A stretch of DNA of 64,000 nt from Lama glama (lineage: Eukaryota): assembly GCA_028534125.1 (NCBI GenBank), contig CM052816.1:40674001-40738000 (forward strand), given 5' to 3'. A program made the translations under genes and the position numbers. Positions within the stretch are counted from its first letter, which is position 1; each line of letters begins with the position of its first letter. This document shows positions 27,414 to 41,994 of this stretch, one piece after another. Under the pieces are notes generated by a model that saw only the letters and a program-made list of their open reading frames with translations, was not told where the DNA came from and made no database searches.

Positions 27414-27810
27414 TGTCAGTGAAACATAGTGACACTTGAATAGATGAAAGGCAGAACTGTTTTGTTACTTACATTACAGCTCCAAACCAGAGAAAGCTGC
27501 CAGGCAGGGCCACATGGAGAGGGTGGACCTAGGGACAGGGTAACAACAGCAAGCTGGAGTTTTAGAAATCAGCTTATATATGGCGAGAGGTGGGTTGGCA
27601 AGGTTTCCTGGGCTCCCTGTTAAATGACCAATTTAAATAATTCAGCAGGCTCCTGGCCATAGGGGTTGTCCCTGGGGCAATTAGTCTGGTGAATAATGGC
27701 TCCCTGAGTGTGAGAACCTGATAAGGGAAGTGTTTGGGGTGTGGATTTTGCTGCTCAAGAAGGGAAACTGACCAGTCTTTAGCCATGGCCACAAACAGGG
27801 TCAAAACAAC
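27414..27810 (-). mobile_element. ERVL-class solo LTR (MER54/MER74-like)
   Basis: tgtcagtgaaac...gcagggccacatgg...aataattcagcaggctc...gataagggaagtg...aaca; about 400 bp. Confidence 0.55.
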
Positions 27811-27818
27811 ATTAAAAA

Positions 27819-27819
<1 letters not shown>

Positions 27820-27855
<36 letters not shown>

Positions 27856-27867
27856 TGTCTGTCTGTC
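27820..27867. repeat. (TG)n(TCTG)n microsatellite
   Basis: Seen directly. Confidence 0.95.
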
Positions 27868-28789
27868 TATACATAGAGAAAACAAAAGAATAATGTTATT
27901 TGTTGAGTTTAACCCAAGGTGCAGACTATCCATTCTTGAGGAAATGAGTTTCTATTTGCTGTTTCACTTTTTGGCATCAGTGATGAATGACCCATGTAAA
28001 TTACAAGCCACTCTACAGAAAGGTTCTGTGGTGAAATACACTCATCACTCTTGAACCACTGTAATTGTTTAGCCTAGAGGATTATGTCCAGCTGTTCAAT
28101 GGCTTATCCTGAGGTTGTATGGAAGCAGGGATTGGTTCAATGAGGAGGAAAATGGTGAATAAAGTTTAATAAAACACCAACTGGAGACTGTATGAACAAA
28201 AGGTGGGCTTTTATTCTCACTCTGATTCTCACAGTATTCTCTCTTACTAATGCTTTATTTCAGAAGGAAAGGATTTAGAAGTTTACTGAACATTCTTTGT
28301 AATAGACAGTTTATCCCTATTACTTTTAGAAGAGATCAGCCATCCTTTTGGCAGTTCCACTCAAACCATGTGTATTTGTTTTTCAATAATAAACTTTTAA
28401 TAAGTCTCTTGGAGTTTTTACCTGCATATTTTTGAAAGAACTCAGTGTAAGCAACGAATTAGACTTCAGTCTGACAGAAGTCAAGGTAATATTGCTAAAC
28501 TACACCATAAAGAGGCAGTAAGCAAAAATCTACACAGAGGGACTTTCTACACATCAAATGACCTGATTTCTTTACCACATTTATAAGTGTAAAAAATAAA
28601 TATATGGTAGAAAAATATAGATTAAAGTAAATATAAGATACATGCCAATCGTGTGTGAAGTGATTCAGTTCCTGATTCAAATAAACTGTAAAAAAACAAA
28701 AGGACTTTCTTTAGAATTGGACACTTTAGCACACTTAATAGATATTTGATGATATTAAGAGGGGTGTGTGTGTGTGTGTGTGTGTTGAA

Positions 28790-29025
28790 ACCATTGTTTT
28801 GTGGTCATGTTGGAAAAAAACAGTCCTTATCTTTGGGTGATGTAAACTTAGGCATCATCTACTTAATCTTCAAATACTTAAGTCTCATGTTAGAGTACCG
28901 ATGTGGCACAGGTAGGTCAGGATTGGCATTTGAGTTGACAGTTACTGTATCTGAGTGATGGGGTTTCATCATTCCACCAGGTCCATATGATAAATACATT
29001 TGAAATTCTCCATAATAAAAGTCTG
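28790..29025 (+). mobile_element. L1ME-like 3' end
   Basis: gagttgacagttactgtatctgagtgatggg...tttgaaattctccataataaaa, preceded by (TG)n. Confidence 0.55.
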
Positions 29026-30419
29026 CATTGTATTCTGATCATAAAAGATCAGCATAGTAGAGTAATATGTCATTTTGATGAGAGGAACAAATAACTAACG
29101 GAGCACTGATAGAATGAATCAAACATAGCTGACCAGTTGGAAGCTGGTCCCAAACCTCAAATGTAGCCTTAGTGCAGAACCAAAGAGATTCTAAATTGCA
29201 AGTGAATTTTTTTTCCTTTCTATGGAGTATTTTATAATTTGTTTAGCTTTAGAAGGGTAAAGCATATGTAGTTTTTTTTTTAATCTGGTTATCCAAGAAT
29301 CCAAAAAGTACGTGGAAGATATTATCATGACTTCCTAAAGCCTGTGGAATGTCCATCTTTGTGTACATTTCTGAATATTGAGATAATGTGTACTTAGGTC
29401 CTGCAGATGCTAGCTACATATTCTGAGTCTGTCTTACTCTTGTCATGTGAGAGTTTTAAAATTTTGAATAAACAATTCTATTTAAATGATGCAAAGACAA
29501 GAAATAGTAGTCAGGTTACACAAAACAACATAAAAATGCATTCATTAAATTGTTTCAATTAAGATTACAATTCTGGTCCAGCCTGTCAACAACTAAAAGT
29601 TAATGCATTTTACTACTACAAATACTCATTGTACTTTGAAAGCCTGACAGCCTTCAGTGTTGCCTGCACACACTAACAGCACACTGCTTTGCATGATGTC
29701 ATTAAATTAACAGAATGAAAAATAATTTCTTTAGTAAAAATAAACACTTATTATCTTCCTCTAGTTATAATTTTTCAATCCATAATTCCAGTCTGACTTT
29801 AATGGTGGGTTCTCGGTAACTTATAAAAAAAAGACTTCAAAACTTTTATAGTGTCAATGTATACATTTTATTGAATATATACATTCAATACTTTATTACA
29901 CTACTGTATTATTAACACCCCTTTTTCTGTTAAAAAGATAAGCCTGTAATTAACTTTTGGAAGTTAAGATACATGTGTCAAAGGAAACAAAAATGAACAG
30001 TTGTCATTGGGAGGAACAATAAGGATAAATTATTATGTGAGATATGTTTAAAATTCTGCATTTGACTTTCATTAATAGGGTGAAATCCCTCCAAAATAAA
30101 AATAAAGGAGAGTAAACCCCACCTGATTTCTAGAGAAAAATTAAGAGGATAAAAAGTGTAAGGTACAGGGTAGAAAACTGCCAGGAAAAAGCTTTTGTCA
30201 CAAACCCTAACAGACCTATATAGGTCACATTGTACAGGCATCATAACATCTTGAAATCCCCAACAGATAATTCTGAAAGTGTAGCAGCATTACAGCCAGT
30301 TGAAAACTACCTTTATACAATCACTTTCTTTAGTTATAATACAAAATCATGTATTATTCATGTACTCTTATGGACTTGACATCAAATCTTTCAAAATCCT
30401 GTTAACTCTTTTTAACTTT

Positions 30420-30830
30420 AAAAAAAATTAAAGCTTTATTGAGATGTATTTTGTATGCCATGCAATTTCACCCATTAAGTAAATTCACAAGGTTATTCAA
30501 CTATCACCATAATCAATTTTAGAACATTTTTATTACCCTGAAGAGAAACCTCTCCCCGCTTAGCCATTACTCCCCACTTCACGCCTGCCCAGCCCCTGGT
30601 AGCTACTAATCTGCTTTCTCTCTGTATGGATTTGCCTGTTCCGGACACTTCATGAAAGTGAAATCATATAATATGTGGTCTTTTGTACCTTGCTTCTTGC
30701 ACTTAACATGTTTCCAAAGTTCATCCATGTTGTAGCATGCATCAGTATTTCATTGCATTTTATTGCTGAATAATTTTCCATTTTATAGATACATAACACG
30801 TTTTGTTTATCCATTCACCTGTTAATGGAT
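30420..30830 (-). mobile_element. L1MB-like 3' end
   Basis: agctttattgagat...ttttagaacatttttattaccc...ctactaatctgctttctc...tcatccatgttgtagcatg. Confidence 0.85.
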
Positions 30831-30839
30831 CAATATTAC

Positions 30840-31357
30840 TTATTTTTATGATGGTAAAACATACATAACATAAAATGTACAATTTTAACCTCTTTTAAGT
30901 GTACATACAGTTCAGTGGCATTGAGTGCATTCACATTGTTGTGCAACCATCACCACCATCCATCTCCAGAACTTTATCATCTTCCCCAGCTGAAACTCTC
31001 TACCCATTATTCAATAAATCCACCTTTCTCCTCAGCCTCTGGCAGCCACCATTCTATTTTCTGTCTCTGTAGATCTGACCATTCCAGTAACCTCATATAC
31101 GTGAAATCACATGACATCTGTCTGCTGTGACTGGCTTATTTCACTTAGCGTAATGTCCTCAGGGTTCTTCCATGTTCTACCATGTGTCAGAACTTCCTTT
31201 TTAAAGCTAAATAATACTCCATTGCATGTTTACACCACACTGTGTATCCATTCATCACTGGTGGATGTTTCAGTTATTTCCACTTTTTGGCTATTACAAA
31301 TACTGCTGCCAAGAACTCTGGCGTCCAAATACTTGTTTGAGCTCCTGCTTTCATTTC
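30840..31357 (-). mobile_element. Second L1MB-like 3' end
   Basis: acataacataaaat...ttcagtggcattgagtgcattcacattgttgtgcaaccatcaccaccatccatctccagaac. Confidence 0.85.
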
Positions 31358-31359
31358 TT

Positions 31360-31555
31360 CAGTCTTCTCCCAGAACAAAATCCTGTCAACTCTTAAAGGG
31401 CAAATACAAATCAAAAGGCTGACTGTCCCTGTTGAAAATAAGACTTCCATCCCCTCCTTTCCTAAGAGCATTACATTAGAGAACATAAGTTCTTCTGTGC
31501 CTCATTGAAATGTATGTGAATCTTTTTAGAGCTAAATAAGCGTCTTGCCAGAATT
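31360..31555 (+). mobile_element. Possible ERV1 LTR fragment (MER34/39-like)
   Basis: cccctcctttcctaagagc...ttgaaatgtatgtgaatc...gctaaataagcgtcttgccag. Confidence 0.35.
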
Positions 31556-32794
31556 TTACTTTTTGCATTCTCAGACCATGCTGCTTTATTGCCAAGAATA
31601 TATACATACAGGTGCAGAGTTTGAAAGTCTTACAGCAGTTCCTTTTTTTTTAAATTAAAGAATAATTTTTTTCTAAAATCCAAAAGATGCATAGATTAAA
31701 AAGCAAGCTGCCTTTTGTAATACTTTAACATTTGATGAAATTCTTACATTATCTTATATACCAGTGGTGAATGTCAAAGATGCAACACAGCAAGTAAAAG
31801 CAGTGAGCAACTCTTGTAAATAAAATTCAATGTGTAGGGTACTCGAATATGATAATCTTTTAAAGGTGCAAGTGATGGGTACTTCTAAGGTAAGCACCAA
31901 GACTTATTTCTGCTTAAGGACTGATGATAATATATTGCTGAATACATTTCAGAATACTGTAATACCATCAACTGTCATTTTCGCTACAGTTTTGTAAAGA
32001 GTCTAAAATATTCCTCCTTACCATACTGTCACCAGCCTAAAGAAATCTGTCACATAACCAAGTTTATTATGCAGGTGTCCAAGATTAAAATCTAAATAGT
32101 TTGGGTTTGGGCAAACCATATGTAAACTGTGAGATTTTAAATATAGACTTTTGACTTTGGCTGCTTAAGTGTGACTGCTGTGTTCTGGTTCTAGATAAGT
32201 ATGGACTATCTGGGTTTAAGAGATGGTTAACATCTTTATTAAAGATATGTTTTCAGTAGAGTTTACTTCAGAGTTTCATAACTTATATTAATTTTTGAGT
32301 ATAAATATGAGTATGACTTGGCATGGTCAGACTGAGAAAAATCTTTGAACAGGGCATTTTTATAAATATTTATATTGGAATATAAATGTTTCCCTTTTAA
32401 AATTATTTGTTTAACATAAGCTTAGTAGTGAGGAGGTTAAACTAATTTTCTAATATAAATAACAGGATCTAAAACCAGATTGACTTATAATGAACTTTGT
32501 TAGTGAAAGCAAAGTCAGTTTTTCCCTGATCTCTTGGAATTTTTGTCATTTTTTTTGATCAGAGTTTTCTTTTTTCGACTCCAAACTTGCAACTTTGGAG
32601 GCATGGTAGTTAAAAATTAGAATAATAAATAAATTACTTATACTCAATAAATATTATTGCTTGATACATTTTTTAGTTTGAAAAAATTGAATGACTATGT
32701 TTGTCAACTTCATGGGACATTCTGTAGGCTGCTTTTTCTTTTTCTTTTTTTTTTTTTTTTGAGCTGTTTCCATGGTGATTTACTGGATTTTGTT

Positions 32795-34192
32795 ATTTTT
32801 TCCAGTTTTATTGAGATGTAATTGAAATGCAGGACCATGTAAATCTAAGGTATATAGCATGATGATTTGATGTAAATATATTATGAAATAATATCACAGA
32901 AAGTTTAGTTAACAACCATCATCTCATATGGATACAAAAAGAAAAAGAAAAAAAGGCATTTTTTTCCCTGGGATGAAAATGTTTAGGATATTCTCTCAAC
33001 AGCTGTCACATATACCATACGCATTGTTAACTATAGTCATCTTGATGTACATTGTGTCCGCAGTACTTATTTATCTTGTCACTGAAACTTTGTACCTTTT
33101 GACTATCTTTCTCCAATTCCCCTTCCCCTACTTCCTACTTCTAGTAACTATAAATCTGATTTCTTATTCTGTAAGTTTGTTTGTTTGTTTGTTTGTTTTA
33201 CATTTTTTTATTGATTCATAATCATTTTACAGTGTTGTGTCAAATTCCAGTGTTCAGCATGTTCAGCACAATTTTTTGTCATTCATGGACATATACACAC
33301 TCATTGTCACATTTTTTTCTCTGATTTATCATAACATTTTGTGTATATTTGTTTGTTTTTTATATTCCACATATCAGTTAGATTATACAGTATTTCTTTC
33401 TCTGACTTATTTCACTTAACGTTATTCCTTTAATATGCCCTCATGTTTTTGCAAATGGCAAGATTTCCTCCTTTTTCCTGGCTGAATAATATTTACAACT
33501 TCTTTGTCCATTCATCCTTCAGTGGACACTTCATTTCTTTCCATGTCTTCTCTATTATAAATAACGTTGCTATGAACATGGGAGTGCAGGTGTGTCTTAG
33601 TATTTTTGTTTCCTTTGGATATATACCCAGAAGTGGAATTGCTGTATCATACTGTACTTCTGTTCTCAATTTTTTTGAGGAAACTCCATGCTGTTTTCCA
33701 AACTGACTGTACCAGTTTACAATCCTACCAACATTAAACAAATGTTCCCTTTTCTCCACATTCTTGCTAGCATCTTTTATCTCTTGTTTGTTTCTGGTTT
33801 TGTTTTTTGTTTTTAATGATAACACATCTAACAGATGTGAGGTAATATCTCATTGTGGTTTTGATTTGCATTTCCCTAATGACTTAGTGATGTTGAGCAC
33901 CTTTTCATGTACCTGTTGGCCATCCATATATCTTCTTTGGGAAAATGTGTATTCAGTTCTGCCCATTTTTAAACTGGATTGTTTATTTTTTTGCTGTTGA
34001 GTTATATGAGGTCTTAATATATGTTGGACATTACCCTTTATCAGATATATACAGTTTGCAAATATTCTTTTCCATTCCATAGATTGTCTTTTCATTTTGT
34101 TGTTTATTTTGCTGTGCAGAAACTATTTAGTTTCATGTCATCTCTCCTGTTTATTTTTTATTTTGTTGCTTGTGCTTTAGGTGTTATATTCT
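32795..34192 (-). mobile_element. L1MA-like 3' 1.2 kb, with nested young L1 tip
   Basis: Antisense 3' UTR and ORF2 C-terminus; ORF 33493-33825 contains [14 protein letters not shown]...[11 protein letters not shown]. Confidence 0.9.
33198..33348 (-). mobile_element. Young L1 extreme 3' tip (about 150 bp)
   Basis: Closely matches the reverse complement of 21152-21290; flanked both sides by tttgtttgtttt. Confidence 0.85.
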
Positions 34193-36617
34193 GAAGGTGG
34201 GTTTTTTGATGTTTGTAATAGTTCTTCTTTGTTTCATTTGGATTTTTATACTACATATTACAACAATACTCAACAGAGATATAGATGCTGACAAAAGTGT
34301 TATGTAAATTCTTCTTTGCATGTTTATTTTTAATATTTATAAAAGGATACTTTCTACTTTGATAGTAAGACTTTACATATTGCAGTAACACTCAAAAGAG
34401 ACAGGGATGCTGATAAGAGTGTTTTGTTAATTTTTTGGTTTTGCACATTCTTTTAAAATATGTTTAATACTTCTAAAAATTCTATTTCCTGTTGGGTTGA
34501 GTAATTGATATTTTGTAAGTTGTATAAATATTCCTATGTGGGCACCTGAATTACACATTTTTCTAATTTACAGCAGGCCCTTGACTGGCCAGCTCTATAA
34601 CCTACCTCTGTTGCTTTGTAGCAATTGTAGATTTACTGTTTCATGTTTATTGCTCAAACTCCAATCTCATATTTTTCCTTCTTATATGAAAAAAATCGAC
34701 AATGGTTTTGACAATAGTCAGGCAAATACTTTATTACTTTGTAAAGAAAAGTAATAATCTTCAGGTTGTTTAATTCTTAAGATGTTTTCGTTAATAATGG
34801 AAACTTGTATATCATTCAGATATTCTATTAACAGCAGTTTTTTTAGACAACATGATAAATGATTGAAAACATGGTTTTTCAAAGATAAAGATGCATTTAA
34901 CAAAACCATGCTATCACTTGCATTGTAAGAATCTCTATTCTTCTACTACATTGTAAGTCATGCTTTCTAATGGCAGCATTTTCAAATACAGTAACAAAAA
35001 AACTTTAATTCTAATATATGCTGAAGTGTTACTAAAGACAAGTTTTTAATCAGAGATATATGTAGGCATTTCACCTTTTATCAACACAGTACCAATTCAG
35101 TGAGTTCTTTTTTAATGAAATAATTATGCAAAATAAATTGTATGGGATAATGGATATATAAAACAGATAGTCCTGACTGTCTCCTTATATTTTATATCTT
35201 TAAATGGCTTCATGCACTATCAGTCCATTTAAAGCACAGAGAGGGGTAACTATTATACAGTTTTCCATTCTTCTTCACTAATGATACTTAAAGACATTTA
35301 ATAACATTTGCTAATTGTGTAATGCGAATCCTCCAAAAATAATGTATCAGTAGGGAATATTTCTACTTCATTCCTTTTGTTTCCAGACAGCATCTAATGA
35401 GCTGGAATGATCATAATTGGCAGAGTTCAATGCATTAGAAAACACGTTGCTAGGGGAATTCTTTAAATGTCAAAAAATTTACCTTCTGCCTGGGGGAATC
35501 AAGGAAGTCAATGGAACTTGTATTAAAATTGAAACAGTTGAAACTTTTTGTAATCTTGCTTTTGCCACACTGCGCAAAGCAGAATAGCCTTGTCAGAATA
35601 AAGCTTTGTATTACACTGTTACCTAAGAACTTCTGTTACTCCAGTGATCAAAGTAATATTTTACTAGACAAAACAACTTCTAAAGTAAAACCTTAAGTTT
35701 ACTTTCATGAATAAAGAGGCTAATAACAAAAACATAAAATATTTGAGGATATCAAGTAGTCTTTAGATAATCAAAATAATATTATAAATTATTTCTTTGT
35801 ATCTGTTCTACATTTCTCTTTCTACTTAAAAATCAGAAAACAATAAAAAAAAACCCACAATAGAGTAGCAATCAAATCTCTTTGATAAACATTTTAAATA
35901 TCTTTTGTCAAAATTTGCCAAAGAATTTCTCATTTTCACATCATAAAAATGGATTTAATGATTAATTCTCCCTAGTAAGATAATTATATTTTGTTGAAAG
36001 CAAATCTCTGGGAGAATTGCAACTTTCTCCTTTTCAGCATTAGTATTCTGTCACATGTTAAAGCACAGCTAGTACCTGTTTCCTTTTCAAGTTAATACAG
36101 CACTGAGTTAACCTTGCAAGGTGATACAGCACTAAGTAAAGTCCTCGGCACCTCTTCAGTATTCTCATCTGTTCCTTATTTTAAGATATGCCTCCTTTGC
36201 AGATTCATTCTTCAGCATTCTTCATGTAGCACTAGTAGTGATCCGTTATCTGCCACTCCTTCCATAGTAATATAGTGTTAGAGGAATAGCTGTCTGAAAT
36301 TAAAATGCAAATACATAAATAAGCAAGCATAAAAAATTAATGTCATGGATGAGCACATACTGTTTTGCCTTCCTTGGCTTAGGAGCTCATTTAATTCAGG
36401 TTAGCACAAATTTTTTCATTACAAGTGAAACTTACAAGAACTAGTTAAAATGATATAAATGGTTTGAGTTATTTTAATTAGAAATTAGCTTTAGAGGCAT
36501 ACACTGTATGTGACATGCAATTGTACACAGACACATGTGCACAGAGTCCAACTCATGCACAGTTCCTTACCATTTAAAATTTCCTTGAATGGTAAGATTT
36601 CAGTAAAGTATAGCAGG

Positions 36618-37131
36618 GTGGATTAGTTTTTTATTGCTGTGTAGCCCGTTGTTCCTAAACATAGTGACTTAAAACAGTACGCTTGTCTTAGAGTTTTCCG
36701 GCACAGCTTATTTCGATTCTCTGGTTGGGGTCTCTTGAGGCAACCATGGTGTCAGCAGGGCTGCATTCCTTTCTGGAGGCCCAGATCCACTTTCAGATTC
36801 ACATGTTATTGTAGAATGCATTTCCTTGCCGTTATAAAACACTAAGTTTCTCTTTTGTTGGTGGCTGTCAGCGGGAAGTTGCTCTCAGCTCTAAGGGCTA
36901 CTCTCAATTCCTTGCCACATGGCCCTCTCCTTCTTGGGACTCTCTCACGACAGGGCAGCTCCCTTCAAGTCTGAGAGGATCTCTCACTCAGGATGGAGTC
37001 TATATAACATAGCTTAATCAGCGGAGCAATTAACCTGTCACCTTTGCCATAGCCTATTGGCAGGAAGCTAAGGGGCAGGTATTACAGAAAGCTGCGACAC
37101 GTTGGGGCTCACCTTTTATTGTGTCCTCCAC
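36618..37131 (-). mobile_element. MLT1 (D/E-like) solo LTR
   Basis: attagtttt..attgctgtgt, gacttaaaaca, gtgtcagcagggctgcattcctttctggaggc, ttccttgccacatggccctctcc, ending ccaca. Confidence 0.8.
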
Positions 37132-37759
37132 AGGAATAAAGGGATACATTTACTAAATACATAGTGTGCAATAATTATTTCAAATAAATTATTTTATAGA
37201 TGTACAACTGATGAATGATGTCTTCTGTTCTACATCATTAGTGTGATCACAGATTTTGTAAATTTTCCTTTCTTCTCATCCAGATAATCGTCAATTTTCC
37301 TATAAGCTAAATGCTACTCAATAAGTGTGTATAGTAGAGAAAAACAAACTTTAATTTTGTTCTACAGTATTTAAAAATGATGGAGGGAAAATAAATGTAA
37401 AAATACATTTAGGAGATTTGTGATGAACTAGTTAAAAATATTGTTAACCTTGTTCCACAGGGTATAAGGGTAAAGAAAAATTTGTATCTTTACAAATACT
37501 ACATTTTATCAAATTTAGGCATTTATTAACTACATTTGAATTTATTTTAAATATGCTTGAATAATCCTTTTTAAAGTAAAACTTGAAAGTAACATTAATC
37601 TGCTCTAAGCAAGACAAAGAAATAATTTACTTTTATCTTTGTGTTTTAAAAAATGTAGCTTGATGAACGTTTTATTGCATGATCTCTGATGGCTTTTTAA
37701 CATATAAGCAGTTTTTCATGCAATCCTCTATGGATCCCAAATTAGTAATGATCTGCTTA

Positions 37760-38117
37760 CTATGTATGATCTGAAAATTTGTGTCCCCCTAAATTTTATA
37801 GGTTGAAACCTAATCCTCAGTGTGACAGTGTTTGGTGGTAGGGCCTTTGGGAAATGATTAGGTTGTAGGACAAAGTCCTCCTGGATGGGTTACATGCCCT
37901 TATAAAAGATGCCCCTGAGAGATCCTTTCCTGCTTCGGCCTGGTGTGGTTATAATGAGAAGACAGTACCAGTGGGGAAGCAGGGTGTCACTAGACACAGC
38001 ATCTGCCTATGTAGTGATCTTGGATTTCCCAGACCCCAGGACTGTGAGAAATAGTTGTTTGTAAGCCATGTGGTCTCCAGTGTATTTTGTGATGGCAGCC
38101 CCAATGGATTAAGACAT
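37760..38117 (+). mobile_element. MLT1A-type solo LTR
   Basis: tgtgtccccctaaatt...ttgaaacctaatcc...gggcctttgggaaatgattagg...actgtgagaaata...ggattaagaca. Confidence 0.85.
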
Positions 38118-41100
38118 GACTTGAAACCATTTGATGCATATTAATTCATAGCCAACTAAACGGTAGCTCCCTGAGATATCAGAATAACTGCACATGAGTC
38201 CTGACTGAAAGGATACCATGGATTTGTCATGTAGTTGCGTTGATTGATTGATTCATTTTATGTGAGACAAGGCAGAGACTCTTAACTGGAAACTCACAGA
38301 AAACAATGCAGAAATTTTTCTTTGTTTAAAGCAGATTTAAAGTGATACTTTAGAGTAAGGAGCAGGAAAATTATTGCCCCTCTTTGATTTGTTCTTTACT
38401 TTTCTGAGATATTGTGCACTTTTCAACCTATAACTTTATCTTAATAATATATAGTGATTCTAAGTTCCTGTTTTAATCCAAACAAGAATATAGTTGGAAA
38501 GTATTCCCAACTCACTCTCAATACATTTCTATTCTGATATGAGAGACCGAACTGAAATCCTCCAACAACCTATTAGTGGCATATAGTAACTATAGGTAAC
38601 ACATATAGAGAGAATAACCTTTTAAATGTTTAAAGTGACAACAAATGAGACTGATGAACAGGAAAAGAAATTAAATTATTTCTCATTTATGTTACTTGTA
38701 GCAGCTCTTGATAGGATGGTAAGAGATGTAGAATGTGATAGAAGAGTATAAGGAGGTTTTTAGATTTCTGAAAATTTTTGTTTAAGCTTTAGAATCTTTT
38801 GTGAATCAATAATGGGTTGTAGTATTAAGCTTTGACATGCTTTTCATGAAAACAGGTCATTATAAGTTCTACTAAAGTTTAGTTGTCCAAAATCGAGCAG
38901 CTTTCCTGTCTGCACCAGTTATAACCTTAGTTTCAAAGAGTGTAAGAATAAGAAGAAAATTTTAATTGTTTCAAATTTTATAAATATATCTGTACAGTTC
39001 CTTTTAAATTCTGTATTCAAATATCTAGATGTATATGTTATATACAAAAATTGAAATAAAATTAACATTTATGCAAAGCATTTTGTGCGGTATAAGCAAG
39101 AAGCAAATACAAATAAGAAAAAAATCATACATTGATTTAAAATATTGAGAAGAAAGCTACTTTAAGATTTTGACTTAAGCATTATGTGACAATTATAAAT
39201 AGCTTGCTTTTTAAATTTGACCACTAAAAGGAGTTCATTGTCAGAGAACTAAAAACATTACAGGACTTTGCAAAAGGAATACTCTATAAGGATTGTGTTA
39301 CTCACCCTTTCTTCTATAACACACGATTTGTTTTTAGTCCTTTTATGTTTGTTTGAACTCTAAGTAAAAGGAAATAGCTTTATTTTGCCAGAAAATCAAT
39401 CATTGTTGATTTTTTTCCCGACCAATCAGGAGGTGACTATATTGGTGTAACTAACTGAAATGTATAAAAAATTATTCTATTCATCACAAATTGATTAGGA
39501 TAGTCCTACACATGTTCAATGAGTTTCTTTACAATATTATCCTAGAAGATGATAAAACAATGCCAACACCATTTTAAAATGTCTATGTACTATTTAGAAA
39601 GTTTAGGATAGAGAAATGTAAATATAGAAAAGATTGATATCTGTAAATCAGTAATTGTCTATTCAAGTTTTTTGGGGGGCATTTAAGTGAGAATAAATTT
39701 TAAAAATAGAAACATTTATCTAGAAAAATAAAAAGGGATCACCACTCAAATTATAATCAATATTTTAGTGAACATATTGTAATTCTGTTTCTATAAATAA
39801 TATAAATTAAAAAGAATAGATATAAAATGCTCTTTGGCAAGCATGTATAATGGAAATTCTTTAGACTATTTCATAGCAGTTAATATGGATGTATATTATT
39901 CTTTCTCTTTACTAGATAATCTTTGGGTATGGATATACATAATTAATTTTATCAATTTTGATAAAATTAAATTTATCACAATGTATGATTTATTTTTAGG
40001 TCCCTTCTAAAATTCTGCTCTAAAATAATGCTGCAGAGTGCATCTTTACATACAAAAATATTTAGGCTCCAAATATTTACTTGTAGCCAAAGGAAATATG
40101 CAGACCAGTATAAGCAACAGAAAACTTGAAAGCAGATAGGTTGAGACATACACACTCCTGCATCTGCCTGCCCTTAAAGAGTACTTCTGTGTTGTTCTGG
40201 CAGATGATAAAGGTGATTAAAGAAGGGATCTCAAGTAAGTTATTCTTCAGGTTCTGTGAATACTGAAGAGTGAAATTATAGGAAAGGACTGGAATTTCTT
40301 ATTTAAAATGGCACTGTGGGAAACAAGACCTTGTTAACTTGTTAATGAAAGGAACATTTTAGCTTTTGGTGGGTAGTAAGTGTTCTTTGCTTTGTTTACG
40401 TTACTGGCTAGTGGAGTTGGAGCATGGAGATGCTCACAAATGCTGAAATGAGAGAGCAGAGTTTGGGATGGAATGGCAGTTGGACAAAGCAGAAGCGATG
40501 CTCCAGGAGAAATTATCAGTTGGAAGTTTTGGGGGAAGTAATTGAATATTGTTATCTCCCGAACTTGTTCTGTATTTACTTCTCTTTTCACTCCTGTGCT
40601 ATAGGTCTTTATATTTCTACTTCAGGTTTTAAAAAAATTTCCTCACTTTAATTTCCTTTTTTGCTGATTAAAAAAAAATCTACCCTATTGATTTATTTTT
40701 CAATAGCTCTTTTGAGGTTGAACGTATTCTACTTCTTTGTTCTTTGTGAAAATTGGCTGGCTCTTTGTAAAGAAGCAAAAGCTTTGAATATATAGGTTTG
40801 TTTTTAATATAGTAGGTATATTCTGCAGCTTTAACACACAGCATGTTTTTAGGACGTTAATAGTCAGCCAGAGATAAAAATGTAGTTCATATTGCAGAAA
40901 ATTCAAGCATCAGAGTTAAGCTTCCTCCCCTGTTTCAAGAGTTAAATTCCCAAGATGAAAAGCAAAGTGACTGAAAACCAGTATAATACTCTAGTTCTGA
41001 GTATTTGTGAAAGACCTTCGTTGAGAAGTGATGGAGAAAAGTGAAGACAGAGAAAACTGACATTTTTCTCTTTCCTCAAAGGTATTTTACAAACTAACAG

Positions 41101-41994
41101 GTACAGATAATTTGAAGTTTAATATTTTTGACTATACATTTAAAAATGTAATTACTTGTTTTTCTCTGTTCTCTCCAAGAATTGCTTTGGCAATTCACAT
41201 TTTCTTCAGTACTGCAAGTTTTGTATTAACCTTTAGGGCAGCTGAATGGAATTGTTACAGGTTTTGTAATTAGCTATGGTTGTAAAAGTCAGACATTCCG
41301 AAGGCAGAACTCACCGTCAGAGTGAACATCTGATGAACGTACAAATACACGAGGAGAAAAATCTGTTGCTGTAGCAACCAGTCTTCATTCTCGACCAAAA
41401 GAGGAAGAACAAACAGGAAACAAGTAAAATGCTTCAAGTTTCAATTTAAAAAGATAGCTATTCCATATGGAATTATGGATAAAACCTTTAAATTCAACAT
41501 TGTAACCAATAATAAGTGACAGCTACTATTATATTTTAAAATCAACCTATTAGAAACAGGACATAGAAAATAACTCCTAAGTCTCTGAAATTATACATTT
41601 TGGGACAGTAGACATTTGCTTACTTTTGACAACCAGTTTATTTTAATTTCTTTAAAATGTATTGAGAAATCACATGAAAGCATTTTTCTCTGAGTATCTG
41701 CTGCTTCCATAGAGGTTCAGAAAAAAATCTCCACTGATACAATATTTTGATACATTTTCTTCTGCCTCAAAAGACACTTCATGAACATCTTGACGACTAA
41801 AGAGAAATATACCTTTCTTGTGTTATAGATGAGATTCCTGGTGTCTAGTAATCCAATAAACCTAAGGAAGAAACCATACTTACAAACAAATAAAAGGCAT
41901 TCAAAGAGCAGAATAGAATGTAATAAAAATAGAGACAGTAAAATAAGTAATCTTTACATCAAAGTGCATTTTAGAGAAGACCTAAAAAGCACAC

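Noticed and set aside
27574..28054. Overlapping ORFs over 100 aa
   Set aside because: Kept open by the (TG)n microsatellite and LTR sequence.
35417..35590. Open frame LAEFNALENTLLGEFFK... as a host exon
   Set aside because: No consistent splice sites or recognisable protein.
41240..41430. Purine-rich exon-like segment
   Set aside because: Stops in all plus frames and no clear donor site.
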